A stretch of 64,000 bases of DNA from an uncultured Gemmatimonadales bacterium (GTDB lineage: Bacteria > Gemmatimonadota > Gemmatimonadetes > Longimicrobiales > RSA9): assembly GCA_963816355.1 (NCBI GenBank), contig CAWFKH010000001.1, positions 544,001 to 608,000 of the forward strand, read 5' to 3'. Position 1 is the first letter of the stretch. Each line of letters starts with the position of its first letter. The notes below the pieces were generated by a model that was given only the letters and a program-made list of their open reading frames with translations, did no database searches and was not told the origin of the DNA. A program made the translations under genes and the position numbers. Below, piece by piece: positions 27,514-37,184 of this stretch.

Positions 27514-28715
27514 TCCTCGCCCACCTCGCCGACCTCCACCTCGGCTACCGGGCGTACCACCGGATCGTGCCGGGCGGCGTGAACGCGCGGGAGCGCGACG
27601 TCGCGGATGCGTTCCGCGCGGCGGTCGACGCCGTCGTATCGCTGCGGCCGGACGTCGTCCTCGTGGCGGGCGACGTCTTCCACGCCGTGCGGCCGCCCAA
27701 CGCGGCGATCGCCGAAGCGTTCCGGCAATTCGCGCGGCTGCGCGCGGCGCTGCCGGACGCGCCGGTCGTCGTGATCTCGGGAAACCATGATTCGCCGCGC
27801 TCGGTGGAGACGGGGAGCATTCTGCGGCTGCTGAGCGAGATCGAGGGCGTGACGGTGGTGGAGGACGGGGCGCGCGCGGTCCGGCTGGACCGCCTCGACC
27901 TCAGCGTATTCTGCGTGCCGCACGCCGCGTTGCGCGGGGAGCGCGTGCCATGGGAGCCGGATCCGGGTGCGGCGACGAACGTGCTGATGGCGCACGGCAC
28001 GGTCACCGGCGACGCGGTACGGGGCAAGCTTCGTTTCCTGGGCGAGTACGGGGCCGCGGACCTCACGCTGGAGGAGTTGCGGCCGGAGGCGTGGGCGTAC
28101 GTCGCGCTGGGCCACTACCACATCGCGACCGAGCTCGCGCCGAACGTCTGGTACGCCGGCGGGACGGAGCGCACGACGTCGAACATCTGGGAGGAGGCGT
28201 CGGGCGAGAAGGGGTTCCTGACGCACGATACGGCGACGGGCCGAACGCGGTTCCATCCGCTGCCGACGCGCGCGGTGATCGACCTGCCGCGACTGAGCGC
28301 GCGCGGCATCAATGCGGCGGAGCTGGACGCGCGCATACGCGCCGCGGTCGAGGCGGTGCCGGGCGGCATCGCGGACCGGATCGTACGCCTGGTCGTGGAC
28401 AATGTGCCGCGCGACCTGCTGCGCGACCTGGACCACCGGCGGCTGCGCGCGTATCGAGCGGAGGCGCTGCACTTCCACTTCGACGCGCGGCGGCCGGAGG
28501 TGCCGCCCGCGATGGGCGCGGCGGCCGCGGAGCCGCATCGCACGCTCGAGGAGGAGCTGGAGGCCTTCCTGCGCGGGCGCTGGGAGGCGACGACGTCGTC
28601 GATCGAGCGGGAGCGGCTGGTGCGGCTGGCGCTCGGCTACCTCGCCGAAGCGGGGCCGACGGCGGACGACGAGGAGGGGCTGGAGCCGCTCGCACCCTCT
28701 TCCGAGCCGTCATGA
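27510..28715 (+). CDS. sbcD: SbcD/Mre11 nuclease
   Basis: ADLHLG, AGDVFH, SGNHD, MAHG, YVALGHYH, YAG. Confidence 0.92.
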   Translation: MILAHLADLHLGYRAYHRIVPGGVNARERDVADAFRAAVDAVVSLRPDVVLVAGDVFHAVRPPNAAIAEAFRQFARLRAALPDAPVVVISGNHDSPRSVETGSILRLLSEIEGVTVVEDGARAVRLDRLDLSVFCVPHAALRGERVPWEPDPGAATNVLMAHGTVTGDAVRGKLRFLGEYGAADLTLEELRPEAWAYVALGHYHIATELAPNVWYAGGTERTTSNIWEEASGEKGFLTHDTATGRTRFHPLPTRAVIDLPRLSARGINAAELDARIRAAVEAVPGGIADRIVRLVVDNVPRDLLRDLDHRRLRAYRAEALHFHFDARRPEVPPAMGAAAAEPHRTLEEELEAFLRGRWEATTSSIERERLVRLALGYLAEAGPTADDEEGLEPLAPSSEPS

Positions 28716-31144
28716 AGCTGCGACACCTGCGGCTGCAGAATTTCCGGCAGCACGCCTCCACCGAAGTCGCCTTCGACGACGGCATCACCGGGATCGTGGG
28801 TCCGAACGGGGCGGGCAAGAGCACGATTCTGGAGGCGATCGCGTGGGCCGTCTACGGGTCGGCGGCTGCGCGCGGCACCAACGACACGATCCGCTTCGCG
28901 CGCGCGCCCGGCCGCGGCCGCGTCGAGGTCGAGCTGGTGGCGGAGATCGGCGCCAACGAGTACCGCGTCGTGCGTACGCTCACGGGTGCCGACGTCTACC
29001 TGGACGGCGGCGCCACGCCGGCGGCGAGCGGGATCGGCCCCTCCACGGAGTACCTGCAGTCGCGGCTCGGCATGAGTCGCGAGGAGTTCTTCAACACCTA
29101 CTTCACCGGACAGAAGGAGCTGCAGTTCCTGGCGCAGATGGGGCCGACGCAGCGCGGCCGCTTCCTGAGCCAGGTCCTCGGCTACGAGCGGCTGCGCGTG
29201 GCGCAGGAGCGGGCCCGCGGCCGTCGCAACGGCCTGCGTCACGAGACGGAGGGGCTGCGCTCCGGGCTGCCGGATCCGGACGCGCTGCGTCGCGCGAGCG
29301 AGGCGGCCGAGTCGCAGGCGCGGGCGGCGGCGACCGCGCTGGAGGCGGCGGAACGGGAGGAGGCCGCGGCCCGCGAGGCGCTCGCGACCGTCGCGCCGCG
29401 GTGGGAGACGGCGCGCGAGGCGCGGGAGCGGGCGCGGGAGCTGGCGCACGCGGTCGAGATCGCGGACCGCGAGCGCGAGGCGGCCGAGCGCGACGCGGCA
29501 CGGCTGGCGCGGGAGATGGAGCGCATCGTCGCGGCGGAAGCGGAGCTGGGGCGGCTCCGCGAGGAGCTGGCGGCGCTGCCGGACGCGACGGCCGCGTGCG
29601 AGCGACATCGCGAGCTGGCGCGGCTGGACGAGCGGCGTCGCGCGTTGCTCGAGCGCCGCGCGGCGCTCGAGGTGGAGCTGAAGGAGGCGGACTCCCGCAT
29701 GAGCCGACTGGAGCAGGCGCCGGATCTGCTGCGTCAGCTCGAGGCACAGATCGGCGAGCAGCAGCGGGCGCTCGAGGAAGTGGAGACCGAGGTCGACCAG
29801 CGGCGTCGCGAGTGGGCGGGCGCGCAGCAGGACGTGCGCACGCGGCTCGATGGCTACCGCGCGCGCGCCAAGGAGCTGCGCGAGCAGATCACGCAGCTGC
29901 GCGACGCGGGGCCGGATGGCGTCTGCCCGACGTGCCAGCGGCCGCTCGGCGCGGAGTTCGAGCCCGTCGTCGCGCGCCTCGAGGACGAGTGGCAGACGCT
30001 GGTGCAGGATGGTCGCTGGCTCGCGCAGCGCGAGAAGCAGCTCGAGGACGCGCCGGCGGAGTTGGCGGCGGTCGAGGAGCGGCGCGCCGGCGTCCGCCGC
30101 ACCATCGAGGAGCGTCGGGAGCGTCACGGTCGCTGCGCGCGTGCCGCCGAGGAGCTGGGCGTCCTGATCCAGGAGTCGGAGCGCAAGCGGGAGTCGCTCG
30201 ACGCGCTCGACGCGGAGCTGGACGGCGTGGGCGTGGTTTACGACGAGGCGGCGCACCGCCGGGCGGAGGCGCAGCTCACGGCGCTGCAGGAGAGCGGCCG
30301 TCGCGCCGCCCGGCTCGAGCAGATCGTCGAGGCCCGGCCCGCGCGGGAGAAGGAGCAGGCGGAGGTGCGCGAATCCGCCGCCGCGCTCGTCGCGCGCATC
30401 GAGGCACTGGAGCGGGAGCACGCCGGTCTGGCGTACGACGAAGCCGGCTACCGCGATCTGGGCGAGCAGCACGCGCGGGCGGAGGAGCGCGTGCGAGTCA
30501 CGGAGCTGGCGCGCAGCGAGGCGGCGGGCGAGCGGCGCACGGCCGCGGTCGCGCTCGAGAACGCGCGAGGCGCGGAGGCGAGCTACCGCGAGGCGCGGGC
30601 GAAGCTCGACGACCTCGAGACGGAGCTGCGCCACCACGACGAGCTCGACGCCGCCTTCAGCCGCCTCAGACAGGAGCTCAACGCGAGGGTGCGGCCGGAG
30701 CTGGGCGCGCTGGCGTCGCGATTCATCACCGAGATCACCGACGGCCGCTACACCGCGATCGAGATCGACGACGCGTACAACGTGATGGTTCTCGACGAGG
30801 GCGAGGAGAAGCCGGTGATCAGCGGCGGCGAGGAGGACATCGCGAACCTCGTGCTGCGGCTGGCGATCAGCCAGATGATCGCCGACCGCGCCGGCCACCC
30901 GCTGTCCCTGCTGATCCTGGACGAGGTGTTCGGCTCGCTCGACGTGGAGCGCCGCGACGCGGTCATCCAGCTGCTGCACCGCCTGCGCGACCGCTTCGAC
31001 CAGGTGATCGTGATCACCCACATCGAGACGATCCACGAAGGTCTCGACCGCGTCCTGCGCGTCGAATTCGACGAGCGGACGGGCGCCAGCACCGTCCGCA
31101 TTGAAGCCGCGCAGGAGCGCGTGGAAGTTCCCGAACCCCTATAG
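28712..31144 (+). CDS. sbcC: SbcC/Rad50 SMC-family ATPase
   Basis: LQNFRQH, GPNGAGKST, coiled coils, Zn hook CPTC, ISGGE, LILDEVFGSLD, ITH. Confidence 0.92.
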   Translation: MKLRHLRLQNFRQHASTEVAFDDGITGIVGPNGAGKSTILEAIAWAVYGSAAARGTNDTIRFARAPGRGRVEVELVAEIGANEYRVVRTLTGADVYLDGGATPAASGIGPSTEYLQSRLGMSREEFFNTYFTGQKELQFLAQMGPTQRGRFLSQVLGYERLRVAQERARGRRNGLRHETEGLRSGLPDPDALRRASEAAESQARAAATALEAAEREEAAAREALATVAPRWETAREARERARELAHAVEIADREREAAERDAARLAREMERIVAAEAELGRLREELAALPDATAACERHRELARLDERRRALLERRAALEVELKEADSRMSRLEQAPDLLRQLEAQIGEQQRALEEVETEVDQRRREWAGAQQDVRTRLDGYRARAKELREQITQLRDAGPDGVCPTCQRPLGAEFEPVVARLEDEWQTLVQDGRWLAQREKQLEDAPAELAAVEERRAGVRRTIEERRERHGRCARAAEELGVLIQESERKRESLDALDAELDGVGVVYDEAAHRRAEAQLTALQESGRRAARLEQIVEARPAREKEQAEVRESAAALVARIEALEREHAGLAYDEAGYRDLGEQHARAEERVRVTELARSEAAGERRTAAVALENARGAEASYREARAKLDDLETELRHHDELDAAFSRLRQELNARVRPELGALASRFITEITDGRYTAIEIDDAYNVMVLDEGEEKPVISGGEEDIANLVLRLAISQMIADRAGHPLSLLILDEVFGSLDVERRDAVIQLLHRLRDRFDQVIVITHIETIHEGLDRVLRVEFDERTGASTVRIEAAQERVEVPEPL

Positions 31145-31176
31145 CCGCAGCCGGATCCCGCAGTCCAATCCCGCCG

Positions 31177-33492
31177 TCACTTGCTCGCCAACGTATCCCA
31201 TGCCGCGCCTCTCTCGAGATGCCGCTGCACCTGCGCCTCCTCGCCCTTCATCAGGTGGATCTGCGCGGCGGCGTAGTGGGTCCAGGCGTAGTAGATCGGG
31301 ATGTTCTGCGTCGACTTGTCGACCCAGTGGGACCACTGGTCGGGGATGCCGCCGCGGTGCACGAAGACGTTCCACAGCAGCGAGTCGGTGCGGGGCAGGT
31401 CGAGGTGCTGTCCGACGAAGCTGCGGATCGGGGTGTTGCCGGGCAGGTCGTAGACGCCGGGCACGGAGTCGGGCGGCGTCGTCGCATCGTGGACCTTGAG
31501 GGCGAGGCCCTGCCGGATGAGGGAGCCGGCGAGGTTGATCTGCTCGTAGGACTGGGTGGTGCTGGCGTAGTAGACGGGCCGGTCGCCGAGGGCCTGCGTC
31601 AGGATCGCGGTCATGAAGACGTCGGCGGGGATCATGACGGTGCCGGCCGGTATCGTGGTGGTGAGCCGGTCGGCGTGGAATTCGTAGGGTCGATCGGTCT
31701 GGAACGGGTAGGTGCCGGCAATGCGGTCGACCTCCTCGTCGCTGAGCGGCACGATCGACTTGGTGGGCGGCGTGAGCAGGTTCCTGAAGCTCGAGTCCGC
31801 CGCGGCGAGGCGCGCGTAGAAGGCGGTGCCGCGCTTCGGGTCGTACGGCCGCTGGCAGATGTTGAGGGTGGGGTCGTCGCCGGGGCTGACGCCGGCGGGG
31901 CACGGCCGCGTGAGGTGGCGGAGCTGCTTCACGTACCAGGGCGTGTTCAGGTACGAGGTGACGATGACGGTCACGTCGCGCCGGATGCCTTCGACCTCCT
32001 GCACGTACCAGAGCGGGAAGGTGTCGTTGTCACCGTTGGTGAAGAGGACGCCGTACGGCTCGACGCTCATGAGCAGGTTGTAGCCCCAGTCGCGGGCGGC
32101 GTAGTCGTGGGCGCGCGAGGCCCAGCCCCAGTTGAGGAGCAGCGGCACCAGGGCGACGGCGAGGATCGGCGAGGCGGTGAGGTAGGCGCGGCCCCAGCTC
32201 AGGCGCGGCACGAAGTCCTGCGCGAAGCGGCGCCAGAGCGACGCGATGCCGATCCCGGCCCACAGCCCCCAGACGGAGAAGCTGACGAGGAAGAAGTAAT
32301 CGCGCTCGCGCACCTCGTGCATGTCGCGGTCGGGCGCCTTCGCGAGGTTGTACGAGTAGCCGTACTTGAAGTTGAGGTAGAGCACGAGGCCGAGCGAAAG
32401 CGTGGCGAAGAGCACGAAGAGGTAGGCCCAGCTCACGCGGTCGCGGCGGTAGTGCTCCCAGGTGCCGTAGAGGCCGAGCGCGGCGAAGACGATCGTCACC
32501 ACAGGCCGCATGCCGCCGAAGAGCGAGACGCCGCCCGCGATCGAGCGCGCCCACTGCCAGTCGAAGTACTCGAGGTAGTTCCCGATCTGTGCCATGACGA
32601 GCCCGATTGAGCGCGGAATGTCGCGTCCGGGCAGCGTCGGATCGAGGAAGATCGACGGCTTGTCGTACTGCTTGCGTGCGAGCGACGCGAGCAGCGCGTG
32701 CCAGGTGCTGGGGTCCGCCTCGTTGATGACGGGGTCGAGCGTGGCGCGCAGCGGCAGGAAGAGGTGGATCGAGAGCCCGACCACGATGGCGGCGGCCGCA
32801 GCGGCGTAGAGCCTCCAGTTGCCGAGCGTGCGCGGCTCGACGAAGAGGATGAAGAGCACGAGCGCGGGTGCGGCGAGGAACGCCATCAGGTGGTTGCCGA
32901 CGGAGAGCGCGAGAATGAAGACCATCAGCAGGACGATGTTGTCGTCCTTCCCCTCGCCGAGGTGGTCGCGCCACACGAACGCGAGCCAGGAGAGGAGCGC
33001 GATCGTGAAGAGGGAGACGGTATAGACCTTCTCGTTCACGTCCGACTGGTTCCACACCGTGAAGGCGGTGGCGCTGACGATCACGGCGATGGTCGCGCCG
33101 ACCATGCGGAACCGGCGGTCGAGCGTGGTGAAGGCGAGGATGCGGTCGACGACGAGGAACCAGCAGCCGTGCGCGAGCGCGCCCATCGTCGCGCTGAAGA
33201 GATTGATGCGCACGGCGACCGGCAGCCCCGTGGGCGAGAGCAGCACGTCCCAGGCGCGGGCGAGCACCACGAAGAGCGGGTTCCCCGGCGGGTGCGGAAT
33301 GCCGAAGATGTGCGCCGTTGCGATGTACTCGCTGGTGTCCCAGAAGGCGGTGGTCGGCGCGAGGGTGAAGGCGTAGAGCAGCCATACGCCAAGGGTCACC
33401 AGGGCGGCCGCCTTGTAGGGCGGCGCGTAGGTGGGGGGAGCGCCCGTGGCGGTCGGCGCCTCGTCGGAACGTATCGTGGTGCTCGCGTTCAT
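31177..33492 (-). CDS. DUF2723/TMEM260-like GT-C membrane glycosyltransferase
   Basis: TLAPTTAFWDTSEYI, GIPHPPGNPLF, VRERDYFF, FTNGDNDTFPLWY; many TM helices. Confidence 0.88.
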   Translation of the reverse strand: MNASTTIRSDEAPTATGAPPTYAPPYKAAALVTLGVWLLYAFTLAPTTAFWDTSEYIATAHIFGIPHPPGNPLFVVLARAWDVLLSPTGLPVAVRINLFSATMGALAHGCWFLVVDRILAFTTLDRRFRMVGATIAVIVSATAFTVWNQSDVNEKVYTVSLFTIALLSWLAFVWRDHLGEGKDDNIVLLMVFILALSVGNHLMAFLAAPALVLFILFVEPRTLGNWRLYAAAAAAIVVGLSIHLFLPLRATLDPVINEADPSTWHALLASLARKQYDKPSIFLDPTLPGRDIPRSIGLVMAQIGNYLEYFDWQWARSIAGGVSLFGGMRPVVTIVFAALGLYGTWEHYRRDRVSWAYLFVLFATLSLGLVLYLNFKYGYSYNLAKAPDRDMHEVRERDYFFLVSFSVWGLWAGIGIASLWRRFAQDFVPRLSWGRAYLTASPILAVALVPLLLNWGWASRAHDYAARDWGYNLLMSVEPYGVLFTNGDNDTFPLWYVQEVEGIRRDVTVIVTSYLNTPWYVKQLRHLTRPCPAGVSPGDDPTLNICQRPYDPKRGTAFYARLAAADSSFRNLLTPPTKSIVPLSDEEVDRIAGTYPFQTDRPYEFHADRLTTTIPAGTVMIPADVFMTAILTQALGDRPVYYASTTQSYEQINLAGSLIRQGLALKVHDATTPPDSVPGVYDLPGNTPIRSFVGQHLDLPRTDSLLWNVFVHRGGIPDQWSHWVDKSTQNIPIYYAWTHYAAAQIHLMKGEEAQVQRHLERGAAWDTLASK

Positions 33493-33567
33493 GGCTCGTT
33501 TCGGGGATCCGACCCGGCGCACCCACCGGCGCGGGGCAAGCCGCAAAGGTAACCGGGGCAGCGTGGG

Positions 33568-34299
33568 TCAGTCGAGGGTGAACGATGCGTGAACCGTGAC
33601 CGTGATCTCCTTGCGGCGCGTTCCGGTGTTGTGGATCCCGTAGGCGGCGACCTCCGTCGAGTACGGCTCGGTGATCTGGAAGACGCCGGCGCGCGCGTCG
33701 ACGAGGCGGCCGGCGTGGCGGTCGGAGCTGCCGGCGATGCGCTCGGCGCGCGCGCGGGCGTCGCGCGTGGCGGCGGCGAGCAGATCGCGCTTGATGCCGT
33801 CGAGCGCGGCGTAGTAGTACTCGAGTTGGGAGCCTTCCAGCACGAGCCCGGCGGCGAGCAGGTCGCCCGGATCGAGCGCCCACCCCTCCACGCGGTCGAT
33901 GTCGTCCGAGACGACGAAGAGGCTCTGGTTGACCTGGTAGGCGGTGAGTTCGCCGGACCGGTCGAAGATCGGGTTCGCGTTGGGCGGCTGCAGGCTCACG
34001 GCGGAGTCGGGCAGGCCCTGGGCGCGGAATCGCTCGACCAGACGGTCGACGTCGCCCTTCATCTCGGCGTAGCCGCCGCGCAGCTGCTGCGGCGAGACGC
34101 GCCGGCCGAGCGTGATGCGCCACTTGACGATGTCCGAGTCGAAGCGGCGCGTCGCCGCGCCGACGGTCTCGACGGTGTCGTGGCGCGCGCGGGACGAGTA
34201 GAGGAATGCGCCGAAGACCGTCGCGGCGGCGACGAGGCCGAGCGCGAGGATCGCGGCGGGCAGTGCACGGCCGCCGGCGCGCGGTTCGACATCGCTCAT
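33568..34299 (-). CDS. SIMPL (DUF541) domain protein
   Basis: N-terminal TM; KRDLLAAATRDARARAERIA; GVFQIT; ITVTVHASF. Confidence 0.8.
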   Translation of the reverse strand: MSDVEPRAGGRALPAAILALGLVAAATVFGAFLYSSRARHDTVETVGAATRRFDSDIVKWRITLGRRVSPQQLRGGYAEMKGDVDRLVERFRAQGLPDSAVSLQPPNANPIFDRSGELTAYQVNQSLFVVSDDIDRVEGWALDPGDLLAAGLVLEGSQLEYYYAALDGIKRDLLAAATRDARARAERIAGSSDRHAGRLVDARAGVFQITEPYSTEVAAYGIHNTGTRRKEITVTVHASFTLD

Positions 34300-34308
34300 C
34301 GGCCGTCC

Positions 34309-34923
34309 TCAGAAGACGATCACGGAGAGGCCCGCCATGCCGAAGAGGTCGTGCTGCAGGCGGGTTCCCGAGTCGGCGCGGAAGGAGCTGATGTAGTCGC
34401 TCAGCTCCGCCGTCAGCGCGAGCGGGCCGACGCGGAAGTCGGCGCCGAGTCCGAGGTGAGCGGCGAAGTCCGACTGGTTGCGATCGAAGATCTGCTGCAG
34501 GTCGAAGCTGGTGAGCGTCTGCTTGTCGATGTTGTAGCGCTTCAGACCCGCGCCGACGAGCGCGTATGGCGAGAAGAAGAGGATCGGCGCGGGCCGCAGG
34601 ACCAGGTCGACGGTGCTCGCGAGCAGCGTCACGCCGCCGGAGCCCGCGCTCCCCACGCCGTCGGAGAAGGAGACCTTGGTGTCCGTCGCGTAATCGAAGC
34701 CCACGCGGAGTCGCGGCAGCACTGGCAGCTTGAACTCGGCGGAGAGGCCGAGGGCGAGGCTGCCGTCCAGCTTGCGCAGGTCGCCGTTGACGCTCCCCAG
34801 GTCGGAAGCGGGGACGAAGGCGCCGATGCGCGGCCGCAGCTCGAGCGTCTGGGCGGCCGCGGGGGCGTGTGCGGCCAGAAGGGGCGCCGCGCCCGCGGCG
34901 AGGGTCAGGAGGAGCTTCCGCAT
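34309..34923 (-). CDS. Small outer-membrane beta-barrel protein
   Basis: Signal peptide MRKLLL..AAAQ; PYALVGAG; amphipathic strands; C-terminal Phe. Confidence 0.75.
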   Translation of the reverse strand: MRKLLLTLAAGAAPLLAAHAPAAAQTLELRPRIGAFVPASDLGSVNGDLRKLDGSLALGLSAEFKLPVLPRLRVGFDYATDTKVSFSDGVGSAGSGGVTLLASTVDLVLRPAPILFFSPYALVGAGLKRYNIDKQTLTSFDLQQIFDRNQSDFAAHLGLGADFRVGPLALTAELSDYISSFRADSGTRLQHDLFGMAGLSVIVF

Positions 34924-35021
34924 CGTCCATCTCCGTTCGCTGGTTCGCCCGCGCGGCGCGCCCGCGGCGGGATCGTGGACCCACGTAGCTCCCTGTGATA
35001 CGGCCGCGGCGCGTCCGGAGT

Positions 35022-37118
35022 TCACTCGTCGGCGCCGGCGACCGGCGCGTGGGGAGCCGGTTCCCCGTCGGCGCTGGCGAGAAGCGCGCCATCGCGCAGG
35101 ACCGTGGCGCTCCAGCCGGGCGGCAGCCACGTCGTGGCGCTGTATTCGGTGAGGATCGCGGGGCCGCCGAAGCGCTGACCGGGCCGCAGCTCGCGCCGCA
35201 CGAGGTGACGCGCGGGCAGCCGCGTGCCGCGGAAGACGACGTCGCGACGCGCGCCGTCCTCGGCGGTTTCCGCCGCTCCCTCGGCGCTCCACAATGCGGC
35301 CCCGGTCCCGTCACCGGGCGCGACGGGCGAGCCCGCGTGGGAAACGGGGGCGGCGGGTGCGCTCGCGGCGACGCGCAGCGTGACGGCTTCGACCGGCTCG
35401 TCGAGGCGGTAGCCGTAACGGGCGAGGTGTGCGGCGTGGAAGGAGGCGGCCCAGCCGTCGGCGCCGACGCGCAGCTCGTAACTCTGGCCGCGGTAGCGCG
35501 CGTCCACGACGCGCTCGACCGTGAGGCCATCGCGCGCGAAGCCCTCTTCGCGCATCGCATCGACGGCGGCGGCCTCGAGCGCGGCGAGGGCGGCGGCGAG
35601 CGCGGCGGCGCCGTCGTCGTCGTCGTCCAGCAGCACGGTGCGGGAGGCTTCCCGGCGCACCGGCGAGACGAGCATGCCGAAGGCGGAGAGGACGCCGGGG
35701 TCGGGGGGCAGGAGGACGCGCGGCACGCCGAGCCGGGCGGCGAGCTCTGCGGCGTGCAGGCCCGCGGCGCCGCCGAACGGGAGCAGCGTGAAGTCGGCGG
35801 GGTCGTAGCCGCGCTCGACGCTGATCACGCGGAGCGCGCCCTCCATGGCGACGTCGGCGACCTCGACGATCCCCTCGGCGGCGGCGTCGGGGGAGAGGCC
35901 GAGCCGGTCGGCCAGGCGGCGGAGCGGGGCGGCGACGGCGTCGCGGTCGAGCGGCGTCTCGCCGGCGAGACGAGTGCCGGCGGGGATGCGGCCGAGCCAG
36001 AGGTGGGCGTCGGTGACGGTGACGTCGGCGCCGCCGCGGCCGTAGCAGACCGGCCCCGGCTCGGCGCCGGCGCTGCGCGGCCCCACGCGGAGGGCGCCGC
36101 CGGCGTCGACCCAGGCGATGGAGCCGCCGCCGGCTCCCACGGTGTGGATGTCGAGGACCGGCACGGCGACCGGCAGGCCGGCGATCTCGAAGTCGCGCGT
36201 GTGCAGCGGGTGGCCCGGACAGAGCGAGACGTCGGTCGAGGTGCCGCCCATGTCGAAGGTGAGGATGTCGCGGATGCCGGCGCGCCGCGCGTGCTCGAGC
36301 GCGCCCACCACGCCGCCGGCGGGGCCGGAGAGGACGGTGTGGACCGGCTCGCGGCGGGCACGCGCGAGCGGCAGCGCGCCGCCGCCGGAGCCCATGATGC
36401 GGACGCGCGCGGCGCCGGAGTCGTCCTCGATCCGGCCGAGGTAGCGGTCCATGCGCGGGGCGACGAAGGCGTTCACGACGGTCGTCGCGGTGCGCTCGTA
36501 CTCGCGGTACTCCGGCAGCAGCCGCGAGGAGACGGAGAGCGGCAGGCCGAGCGGCGCGAGCGCCTCCGCGACGCGCTCCTCGTGGCGCGGCTCCGCGTAG
36601 CTGTGGAGCAGGCAGATCGCGATCGACTCGGCGTCGGGCGGGAGGTCGCTCGCGAGCGACGCCAGCTCCGCTGCGTCCAGCGGCTCCACCTCCTCGCCGG
36701 CGGCGCCGATGCGGCCCGCCACGCCGACGCGGTGCGACGCGGGCACGAGCGGCGGCGGCCGGTGGCCGACCAGCGCGTAGAGCTGCGGCCGGTTCTGCCG
36801 CGCGATCTCGAGGACGTCCTCGAAGCCGCGGTTCGTGACCAGCACGACGCGCGCGCCGCTGCGCTCGAGCAGCGCGTTCGTCGCGACCGTCGAGCCGTGA
36901 ACGAGGAGGTACGGCGGCACGGCCGCCCGCGCCGCGCCACCGGCGGCCTCCCGGGTGCCGGCGCCGAGCACGGTGCGGATGCCGTCGAGCACGGCGCGCG
37001 CGGGGTCGCCGGGGGTCGAGGGCAGCTTGTGGATGCTCACGCGGCCGTCGCGCAGGAGCACGACGTCCGTGAAGGTGCCGCCGGTGTCGACCGCCACGAT
37101 CGTGGGGAGTTCCGCCAT
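35022..37118 (-). CDS. Hydantoinase/5-oxoprolinase subunit A family protein
   Basis: DTGGTFTD, HGSTVATNALLE, EYREYER, SGPAGG, DMGGTSTDV, GAGGGS, SAGAEPGP, GVLSAFG, RYRGQSYEL. Confidence 0.92.
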   Translation of the reverse strand: MAELPTIVAVDTGGTFTDVVLLRDGRVSIHKLPSTPGDPARAVLDGIRTVLGAGTREAAGGAARAAVPPYLLVHGSTVATNALLERSGARVVLVTNRGFEDVLEIARQNRPQLYALVGHRPPPLVPASHRVGVAGRIGAAGEEVEPLDAAELASLASDLPPDAESIAICLLHSYAEPRHEERVAEALAPLGLPLSVSSRLLPEYREYERTATTVVNAFVAPRMDRYLGRIEDDSGAARVRIMGSGGGALPLARARREPVHTVLSGPAGGVVGALEHARRAGIRDILTFDMGGTSTDVSLCPGHPLHTRDFEIAGLPVAVPVLDIHTVGAGGGSIAWVDAGGALRVGPRSAGAEPGPVCYGRGGADVTVTDAHLWLGRIPAGTRLAGETPLDRDAVAAPLRRLADRLGLSPDAAAEGIVEVADVAMEGALRVISVERGYDPADFTLLPFGGAAGLHAAELAARLGVPRVLLPPDPGVLSAFGMLVSPVRREASRTVLLDDDDDGAAALAAALAALEAAAVDAMREEGFARDGLTVERVVDARYRGQSYELRVGADGWAASFHAAHLARYGYRLDEPVEAVTLRVAASAPAAPVSHAGSPVAPGDGTGAALWSAEGAAETAEDGARRDVVFRGTRLPARHLVRRELRPGQRFGGPAILTEYSATTWLPPGWSATVLRDGALLASADGEPAPHAPVAGADE

Positions 37119-37184
37119 CCCGCCTCCTGTTGCGGCCGCTCGGCTCCTTGCGTGGGCGCCGCGCGGTTCCGACCTTGCCGGCCG

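Noticed and set aside
27510..31144. SMC ATPase plus nuclease as a Wadjet/Lamassu-type defence system
   Set aside because: The Zn-hook CPTC and Mre11 phosphoesterase motifs fit ordinary SbcCD; no kleisin, KITE or effector genes are recognisable.
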